Source of the DNA: Candidatus Poribacteria bacterium
GTDB lineage: Bacteria; Poribacteria; WGA-4E; WGA-3G
Assembly: GCA_022822275.1 (NCBI GenBank)
Contig: JAJEBZ010000170.1
Span: 1-57,369, forward strand
Direction: 5' to 3'
DNA: 57,369 nucleotides
The notes beneath the pieces were generated by a model. It saw only the letters and a program-made list of their open reading frames with translations. It ran no database searches and had not been told where the DNA came from. Made by a program: the position numbers and the translations under genes. Of this stretch, positions 50,988 to 57,369 are shown piece by piece (position 1 is the stretch's first letter; every line of letters starts with the position of its first letter).

Positions 50988-51327
50988 ACAGGGACGCGCC
51001 ACTTATGCTTTCAAGGCGGTGCAAGCGGTTAGTCCTTCTCTGCAAAAAGAATACAAATCCTCAGCAAAGAAACTCCCTGTTTTGATAAAAACGAATGGAC
51101 TTGGACAATCCCTTGCATTCATCAAGAAAAGGAACGCTTACGATAAATTATACGAGCAAATTGGAGACTGGCTCCAAAAAGAAGATGATAAGCAATTGGT
51201 TCCGAAAGGCGAACTCGTTGAACAAGTTATTAAACTCAAATCACCTGTTTATCGGCAAGCCACCGTCGAAACACTCGCGCTACTCAATTGGATCCGCCGT
51301 TTTGTGGATGGACTTATTGAAGACTAA
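50953..51327 (+). CDS. cmr5: Type III-B Cmr5 small subunit
   Basis: EQGRA..A, YKS..KKLP.LI.TNGLGQ.LAF, AT.E.LA.L.W.RRF. Confidence 0.92.
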   Translation: MAQEVTTLKGIEQGRATYAFKAVQAVSPSLQKEYKSSAKKLPVLIKTNGLGQSLAFIKKRNAYDKLYEQIGDWLQKEDDKQLVPKGELVEQVIKLKSPVYRQATVETLALLNWIRRFVDGLIED

Positions 51328-51340
51328 GAAAGGACAACCG

Positions 51341-52438
51341 ATGCCTAATTACCACCCATCTGACACTGTTAGTATAGTGCAATTCAATCAAATTGATAAC
51401 TTCGCCCTACGTTATCAACATTTCTTGCGGATTGATAGACCAAGGAACAATGACCCAAAATACAAAGTTAACTTTCAGCGTTCTGCTGATAGACTGGAGA
51501 GTTCTTCCATGAAATTGGTTACGCAATTGAGAGAACGACAAAAAGCACAACTCCAGCAATTCGCTCAGCAAGGCATCAAACTTTACTGCGTCAATGCAAC
51601 CGTTGATTGGCGGTTAATAGTCGGTCTCGGCGGTGAACATGTGCAAGAAACGAACATGACACTTCATCACATCTACGGCATCCCATATATACCCGGTAGT
51701 GCCGTAAAAGGTGTCCTGCGGCATTGGTGGTTAGAGAAAGACTTTTCTGATAAGAACGGCAAAATTTCTGAAGAAAAAGCCCTGAAGGATTCCGTTTTTC
51801 TCTCAATTTTCGGCAGCCAAGAACAGCGCGGGGAGGTGCGATTCCTTGATGCCTATCCTGAGAAAGTCCAGTTTGCAACCGACATCATGAATCCTCACTT
51901 TGGTGATTATTACAGTGGTACAAAACCACCAACAGACAATCAAAATCCAGTACCTATCAATTTTCTAACAGTAGAGAAAACTGTTTTTCGATTTGTTTTC
52001 TTGGCGAAGGATCAGGATCCTCTTGAAAAAATAGAAGAGCGGTTTGAAGAGGCGTTGGAATTAAAGGGTGTTGGTGCGAAAACTGCTGTCGGCTACGGGT
52101 ATTTCCGCGATTTAAAAGACAAGACTGATACTATCACTGCCGAACTCAAACAACAACAGGAAGCAGCTGAAAAACAACGAGAAGAGAAGCGGTTAGCAAG
52201 TCTCTCTCCTATTGAACAACTTACTGAAGAAGTGAAAAGTCTCACCAACAGTCAAGTGGACGAAGAGCGTGCTACCGAAATTTACAACAAACAACTTCCA
52301 TCGCTTGAAGAAGATGACAAACAATTAATTGCGCGGGCATTGAAAGCTTATTGGCAGCGCATCAATAAGTGGAAAGACGGTTCCGACAAACAAAGACAAA
52401 AAGTGATAGCGGTTAAGGCGATTTTAGAGGAAAATTGA
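51341..52438 (+). CDS. cmr6: Type III-B Cmr6 with C-terminal helical extension
   Basis: RLIVGLG, HHIYGIPYIPGSAVKG, FLDAYP, DIMNPH, P.PI.FL, GVGAKTAVGYG; AGGA RBS before ATG 51341. Confidence 0.93.
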   Translation: MPNYHPSDTVSIVQFNQIDNFALRYQHFLRIDRPRNNDPKYKVNFQRSADRLESSSMKLVTQLRERQKAQLQQFAQQGIKLYCVNATVDWRLIVGLGGEHVQETNMTLHHIYGIPYIPGSAVKGVLRHWWLEKDFSDKNGKISEEKALKDSVFLSIFGSQEQRGEVRFLDAYPEKVQFATDIMNPHFGDYYSGTKPPTDNQNPVPINFLTVEKTVFRFVFLAKDQDPLEKIEERFEEALELKGVGAKTAVGYGYFRDLKDKTDTITAELKQQQEAAEKQREEKRLASLSPIEQLTEEVKSLTNSQVDEERATEIYNKQLPSLEEDDKQLIARALKAYWQRINKWKDGSDKQRQKVIAVKAILEEN

Positions 52439-52459
52439 ATTCCCAATAAAGTCATAGTC

Positions 52460-53428
52460 ATGCTCAAAAACTTCCAATTCACCCACTACCGCCTCACCTA
52501 CACCGTCCAAGAACCGCTCAAGATGCCGCCCTACAAAGGCAACATCTTCCGCAGCCGATTCGGATACCTACTCCACCACATCGCATGCATCGGCGACACA
52601 GAAGAATCGTGCCAAGAAAAGTGTCAATACCCTGACCGATGCATATATTCAAAATGCTTTGAAACGCCTGTTCCTAAAGATAGCCCTATCCTACGAGGAC
52701 AACCGTATGCACCACATCCTTTCATCCTCCAACCACCCCGCACATCTAAGATGGAATATATCCCAGGCGACACCTTCACCTGCCACCTGCTTCTCATCGG
52801 AGAAGCAATCAACTTATTGCCCTGGATAGTGTTTGCTTTTTATGAGATGGGTAAAAGGCGTATCGGACTACAAGGCAAACGCGGGCAATGCCAATTGGAA
52901 AAAGTAGAAAGCCTCTCCGCACATGATAACCAGCAATCACAGACGATTTACACAGCAGAAACCGAGATGTTGACAGATGACGGACTGATCCTCCGACTTG
53001 ACGATGTGATGGACAACGCACCTGATGTCACCGATACGATTGAACTTGAGTTTATCACACCTACCAGCATCAAGGTGGATGGAAAATGGACAAAAGATTT
53101 GACGTTTGAACATCTTATCCGCAACCTGCTTAGGCGTATCCGATTTTTGAGTTACTTTCATTGTGGTGAGGATTTAGATGTAGACGCGCATGCGTTGATT
53201 GATGCTGCACGTGCTATTACACACGAACCCCATTTCCATTGGCTCAAGTCCAATCGCTACTCTTATCGTGCGGAGAGTTCTATTCCAATGGACGGGTTTA
53301 TTGGGAAAGTTCATTATTCAGGGCAGTTTGAACCGTTTTTACCGTTCATCTATCTTGGCGAGTATTTGCATATCGGGCATCACACAGCATTTGGGTTTGG
53401 ACAATATCGTATCACTTCACCGTCTTAA
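52460..53428 (+). CDS. cas6: CRISPR pre-crRNA processing endoribonuclease Cas6 (Cys-cluster type)
   Basis: C..C...C..CIYS..FE, PHPF, FITP and C-terminal G-loop GEYLHIGHHTAFGFGQY. Confidence 0.88.
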   Translation: MLKNFQFTHYRLTYTVQEPLKMPPYKGNIFRSRFGYLLHHIACIGDTEESCQEKCQYPDRCIYSKCFETPVPKDSPILRGQPYAPHPFILQPPRTSKMEYIPGDTFTCHLLLIGEAINLLPWIVFAFYEMGKRRIGLQGKRGQCQLEKVESLSAHDNQQSQTIYTAETEMLTDDGLILRLDDVMDNAPDVTDTIELEFITPTSIKVDGKWTKDLTFEHLIRNLLRRIRFLSYFHCGEDLDVDAHALIDAARAITHEPHFHWLKSNRYSYRAESSIPMDGFIGKVHYSGQFEPFLPFIYLGEYLHIGHHTAFGFGQYRITSPS

Positions 53429-53612
53429 AAAGATTCTCAAACCAATCAAACAGTGCCGACTGTGTCACTATACCGAGACAGACAAGAATCACGAAAATAA
53501 TGGAAACCCAAATCAGCAGCTTAACTGCACGCTTAGCAATACCAATGATAAGGATTATCGCAAATATAGCGGAAACAATCAAAAAGGGTGGGGAACTAAT
53601 GAATTCTGGCAT
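53412..53612 (-). CDS. Small two-TM membrane protein (66 aa), antisense between cas6 and cas2
   Basis: Two hydrophobic helices separated by KRAVK. Overlaps the cas6 3' end by 17 bp. Confidence 0.6.
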   Translation of the reverse strand: MPEFISSPPFLIVSAIFAIILIIGIAKRAVKLLIWVSIIFVILVCLGIVTQSALFDWFENLFKTVK

Positions 53613-53678
53613 ATCAAAAGTATACCATTTATACAGTAAAAATGAAACATCTCACTAAACTAAATTAGAGGTAATACA

Positions 53679-53954
53679 ATGTTATATGTTATTTCTTATG
53701 ACATCCCAGATGACCGAAGACGAAACCAACTCGCGAAAGCACTAAAAGGATATGGCACCCGCGTCCAGTACAGTGTATTTGAAGCACATCTGAACAAAGC
53801 AGAATTTGAAGAACTGAAACAGGAAGTTGCTAATGTTATAGATTCTTCAGAAGATTCAGTACGCTATTACGCGCTATGCAAAACTTGCGCAAACCAAATT
53901 GAGGTGCCTGCCGTTGGCGACTTAACCTCTGTCCCCAACACAATAGTTGTTTGA
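53679..53954 (+). CDS. cas2: CRISPR-associated endonuclease Cas2
   Basis: YVISYDIPDDRRR, YGTRVQYSVFE, DSVRYY.LC..C; GAGG RBS. Confidence 0.95.
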   Translation: MLYVISYDIPDDRRRNQLAKALKGYGTRVQYSVFEAHLNKAEFEELKQEVANVIDSSEDSVRYYALCKTCANQIEVPAVGDLTSVPNTIVV

Positions 53955-53967
53955 AGCATTGGCAGCC

Positions 53968-54052
53968 CCCCTTCCACTCTTCCACCCTCCCCCCTTCCAA
54001 TCTTCCCTCTGTTCCTTCCACTCTTCCAATCTTCCCTCCTTCCAATCTTTCC
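53968..54052. repeat. Pyrimidine-rich degenerate octamer tandem repeat (CTTCCA[AC]T)
   Basis: cttccact cttccacc...cttccaat repeated between convergent cas2 and the ankyrin gene. Confidence 0.7.
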
Positions 54053-54100
54053 GTTTAATTCCCTGCTCTCGGAAACAACGGGATAAATATGAGCCCCGCG

Positions 54101-56005
54101 CTACTTGGATTGACTTTGCATTATTTCTACTACTTCATCAAGTTTGTGTTTTTCCGCGGCATACAGTGGGGTTCTTCCTTTAGCATTCTGAATATTGGGG
54201 TCCGCCCCATGATTTAGCAATAGCAATATGTAATCGACATCTACATAAGAGTTACCAAAAATTGCCCGCATAAAACGTTTTTCTACTCCATACCAATGTA
54301 TTGTTTCGTGGAGTGGCGTATTGCCACCAGCGTCCTGTGCGTTGACATCCGCACCCCGAGATAGTAGGACTTTTGTTGTCCCTTGATACGCCTTTTTGGC
54401 AGCGATGTGTAGCGGGGTATATCCATAATTGCCCGGGATATTGATATCCGCGCCATGATCCAGTAAGATATTTGTGACCAATATCGTCTCACCTCTAACT
54501 GCGTCGTGCAATGGTGTATCACAATTGTTGTTCTCAATCTGGATGTCCACCCCGTTTTTTATCAACACTTTAAGTGCATCGACGTTGCCGTGTCTTGCTG
54601 CGAGTTGCAGAGGCGTGTTTCCACCCTTGTCCATTGCATGAACATTCGCGTTATATTTGAGCAATAATTCAATTGTCTCAGAAGTAGCTCTACGTGCTGC
54701 TTTGTGTAATGGTGTTTGCCCATCAATATCCTTTACCCCTACTTTTGCGCCGAGTTTTATGAGTGTGTCTATTGCTATATAGCCGTTTTTAGTGGCTTCG
54801 GCTGCATTATGCAGTGGAAATGTTTCATAGATATTCTGTGCGTGGATATCTGCCCCGTTTCTGATGAGGATATCCATTATTTCAGGGTCACCGTGCCACA
54901 TTGCAAAATGTAGTGGAGTATCCGACTCGTCATCTTTACTTTTGACTTGTGCACCGCATAGTATCAAGTGTCGGACCATCGGATAGGCATCATGGTGTCT
55001 TACGGCAAAATGCAGTGGCGTACTGCCAAAATAATCCTTAGCATTTATCGCCGCACCATTGTCCATAAGTGTTTTTGCTATTCTCTGGGCATTCTTCTTA
55101 GCTGCGATGTGTAGCGGTGTTTTCTTAAGACTATTTTGTATATTTATCTGTGCACTGTATTGTATAAGGAGTACTACAAGGTAATATGCATTTGGGTATC
55201 CAGCCAGAAAATGTAATGGTGTTTCATTATCAGAGTTTTTAACGTTTATCGCCGCGCCATTTTCTATAAGTATCTTTGCGGTTTTTTGCGCGTTGTTTTT
55301 TGCTGCGATATGTAGTGGTGTATTAAAACGATAATTATCTACTATGTTGACCTCTGCGCCGTGCTGTATGAGGAGCTCTACAAGGTGATATGCACTTGGG
55401 TATCCAGCCAGAAAATGTAATGGTGTTTCATTATCAGAGTTCTTAACGTTTATCGCCGCGCCATTTTCTATAAGTATCTGTGCCGTTTCCTGTGCGTTTT
55501 TCTCTGCGGCGATGTGTAGTGGCGTTTCATTCCGATTATTCTTAACGTTTGTCTCAGCACGATTTTCTATGAGTATCTGTACCGTTTCCTGTGCGTTTTT
55601 CTCTGCGGCGATGTGTAGTGGCGTTCTGCTATATTTACCTTGTATGTTTATTTGTGCGCCGTGCTGTATGAGGAGATCTACAAGGTGATATGCATTTGGG
55701 TATTCAGCCAGAAGATGTAATGGTGTTTCATTATCAGAGTTTTTAACGTTTATCGCCGCGCCATTTTCTATAAGTATCTTTACTGTTTCTTGTCTGTTGA
55801 ACTCTGCTGCGATGTGTAGCGGTGTATTGCCTCCATAGTCTACTTCGTTGACATCTGCGCCGCTTGCAATGTGTTTTTGAATTGACTCAACAGCGTAAAA
55901 CTTTATTATGGCTTGGTGCAAGGGGGGTGTGGTTCTTTCTTGGCTGACTGTTCCCCTTCTTCCGTGCCTTCTATTTCTGCGATTGGCGTTATTTTGATCG
56001 TCCAT
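54101..56005 (-). CDS. Ankyrin-repeat protein (about 17 repeats)
   Basis: TPLHxAA...LIxNGAxINxKN repeats; AAGGAGG RBS. Confidence 0.93.
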   Translation of the reverse strand: MDDQNNANRRNRRHGRRGTVSQERTTPPLHQAIIKFYAVESIQKHIASGADVNEVDYGGNTPLHIAAEFNRQETVKILIENGAAINVKNSDNETPLHLLAEYPNAYHLVDLLIQHGAQINIQGKYSRTPLHIAAEKNAQETVQILIENRAETNVKNNRNETPLHIAAEKNAQETAQILIENGAAINVKNSDNETPLHFLAGYPSAYHLVELLIQHGAEVNIVDNYRFNTPLHIAAKNNAQKTAKILIENGAAINVKNSDNETPLHFLAGYPNAYYLVVLLIQYSAQINIQNSLKKTPLHIAAKKNAQRIAKTLMDNGAAINAKDYFGSTPLHFAVRHHDAYPMVRHLILCGAQVKSKDDESDTPLHFAMWHGDPEIMDILIRNGADIHAQNIYETFPLHNAAEATKNGYIAIDTLIKLGAKVGVKDIDGQTPLHKAARRATSETIELLLKYNANVHAMDKGGNTPLQLAARHGNVDALKVLIKNGVDIQIENNNCDTPLHDAVRGETILVTNILLDHGADINIPGNYGYTPLHIAAKKAYQGTTKVLLSRGADVNAQDAGGNTPLHETIHWYGVEKRFMRAIFGNSYVDVDYILLLLNHGADPNIQNAKGRTPLYAAEKHKLDEVVEIMQSQSK

Positions 56006-56014
56006 GTTTCCTCC

Positions 56015-56419
56015 TTATTCCAATATGATTGTTCTACCAACATCTTCTATATTTGGAGCGCGACCATGTTCGGAGGCCCACCGACTTTCAGAGACAACAC
56101 ATAACTTTGTTCCGTTGTCGTAACTGTAGTCATCTATCATAAGGGCGATAAAATCCGTTGACCATGCGATGATGGGCACGCCTTCCGGCGGATCGTATTC
56201 ATTTCCACTCTGACAAAGATAGCAGTTTAAACTCGAGATAGTTGAGAACCTTCTGAGGAGGCGGAGGGGAATGCTGTAACCTACTATTTCTTTGCCAAGA
56301 TTTGCGGCATCTGGTGTGATATGTTCATCAAAGAGTTGTTGAAATCTGTCTGCAAGTGATGGCATTTTATCTGTTTCGCAACTGGTTTGCTCTGGCGTAC
56401 GTCGTCTGGTGTTGCGCAT
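56015..56419 (-). CDS. Hypothetical protein, probably co-transcribed with the ankyrin gene
   Basis: AGGAGG RBS; 9-bp gap to the ankyrin start; CYLC motif. Confidence 0.6.
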   Translation of the reverse strand: MRNTRRRTPEQTSCETDKMPSLADRFQQLFDEHITPDAANLGKEIVGYSIPLRLLRRFSTISSLNCYLCQSGNEYDPPEGVPIIAWSTDFIALMIDDYSYDNGTKLCVVSESRWASEHGRAPNIEDVGRTIILE

Positions 56420-56532
56420 GTTATATTTATCCTCCTATGACGTGATATTGTAGTTGGGGGACAAGTTGTAGTGTGTGTTTCGGGTGTTAATTATAGCAAA
56501 TGTTTGGGGGTGTCAAGTTTTTTGTCTAAATC

Positions 56533-56827
56533 GGGTGTGTAAAGTTTTTGTACTAACTTCCCGCGAACTATTGTAGGGCAGGAGTTCTATGCCCCGCTAC
56601 ATGATTGTCATTTTATGGATTTTCATGTTGTGCTCTTCAGTCCCGCCAGAAGCCATACGCGCTTCTGGCGTTGATTTGGTAGGGACGCTATGTTTATTCT
56701 TCTATGCCGTTCCTACGGAACTCAAGACGGGGGAAACATTGTTTCTATAAACATAGCGTCCCTACGGGACTAAAGACACCACTCTACAAAACGAACTGCC
56801 TCTTTTGTACAATAACTTTACACACCC
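56533..56827. mobile_element. Intact non-autonomous MITE (family B), 295 bp, 9-bp target-site duplication
   Basis: 21-bp terminal inverted repeats GGGTGTGTAAAGTT(T/A)TTGTAC. GTCTAAATC is duplicated at 56524-56532 and 56828-56836. Confidence 0.9.
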
Positions 56828-56955
56828 GTCTAAATCTCAGATGACGTATGAGTTCAGATTAACCATTAGCCTTCAGTTGTCAACCATCAACGAATATGTC
56901 TCTTGAAATAAACCACTTTGCTGACTGCTAATAGCCGATTGCTGATTGCCAATAC

Positions 56956-57210
56956 ATTCCCTTCAAACGGGAAGGACTTTCCGAACTGAAAATGAAATTT
57001 TTATTTTTGAATCTGATAGTTTTGTTTCAATTCCCTTCAAACGGGAAGGACTTTCCGAACCCACTACCAAATTAAGAGGTATCTTCTAATGACAATCAGT
57101 TTCAATTCCCTTCAAACGGGAAGGACTTTCCGAACTGTATCCAACTCGGTAAGAAAATGTATGAAAGCATGTAGTTTCAATTCCCTTCAAACGGGAAGGA
57201 CTTTCCGAAC
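56956..57210 (-). CRISPR. CRISPR array: 4 repeats (first truncated), 3 spacers (37, 38, 38 bp); 37-bp repeat GTTCGGAAAGTCCTTCCCGTTTGAAGGGAATTGAAAC
   Basis: Repeats at 56956-56986 (partial), 57024-57060, 57099-57135 and 57174-57210. The ATTGAAAC 3' end and the degenerate left repeat indicate minus-strand transcription. Confidence 0.96.
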
Positions 57211-57231
57211 TTGCAAACAGTGTCACTGAAC

Positions 57232-57369
57232 TAGTGGTCTGTCTATACTAAAAGTTTGGGTATAGATGTTTTAATTTGACCCGTGCATCTTCTGTTGTAA
57301 ATTGCCAATCTACTTGTTTTTGTTCTGCATTTCGCCTTTTTTGCCACGCTTTTGTCTCTCTACGAAGTG
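57232..57369 (-). mobile_element. End of an IS630-family element (transposase C-terminus, stop at 57248-57250)
   Basis: The minus frame reads ...LRRETKAWQKRRNAEQKQVDWQFTTEDARVKLKHLYPNF*, typical of IS630 C-termini. The element ends at CTAG/TA (TAGTGGTCTGTC). Confidence 0.8.

Noticed and set aside
51095-51340. 82-aa N-terminal extension of Cmr6
   Set aside because: It overlaps cmr5 in another frame, and an RBS supports ATG 51341.
53836-54183. ORFs over the CTTCCA repeat, or a second CRISPR-like array
   Set aside because: This is a low-complexity octamer repeat with no spacers.
57061-57098. Self-targeting of the cas2 RBS region (AAATTAGAGGTA at ~53662) by spacer 2
   Set aside because: The match is only about 12 nt with a gap and is explained by shared RBS-like composition.
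57211-57369. AT-rich CRISPR leader
   Set aside because: Most of it encodes an IS630 transposase C-terminus.

Overview
A bacterial chromosomal segment whose gene content suggests Candidatus Poribacteria or a similar sponge symbiont. That is an inference from the WD40, TPR and ankyrin repeat proteins, a LamG protein with a KLATTWxxLK tail, PhyH, Uma2 and many palindromic intergenic elements. Positions 1-44.5 kb are mostly housekeeping and metabolic: secDF, tRNA-Arg(CCT), apt, polyol dehydrogenases, rpe, rnpA-yidD-yidC-jag-mnmE without rpmH, glyA, folC, hppA, ilvD, two pseudouridine synthases and a DUF433/DUF5615 toxin-antitoxin pair. This part also holds a hidden exported thioredoxin-TPR selenoprotein (in-frame UGA in W-U-G-W-C followed by a SECIS-like hairpin) that the ORF track splits in two. 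Positions 44.8-57.4 kb hold a type III-B (Cmr) CRISPR-Cas locus: cmr1-cas10-cmr3-[CARF-only gene]-cmr4-cmr5-cmr6-cas6-[antisense small membrane gene]-cas2, then an ankyrin gene pair, a MITE with a 9-bp target duplication, and a 4-repeat array cut off by an IS630 element. The locus has no cas1 and no recognisable cOA effector in this window. It is preceded by two perfect tandem sigma70 promoters and about 250 nt of highly structured candidate RNA, which is the best candidate here for something undescribed.
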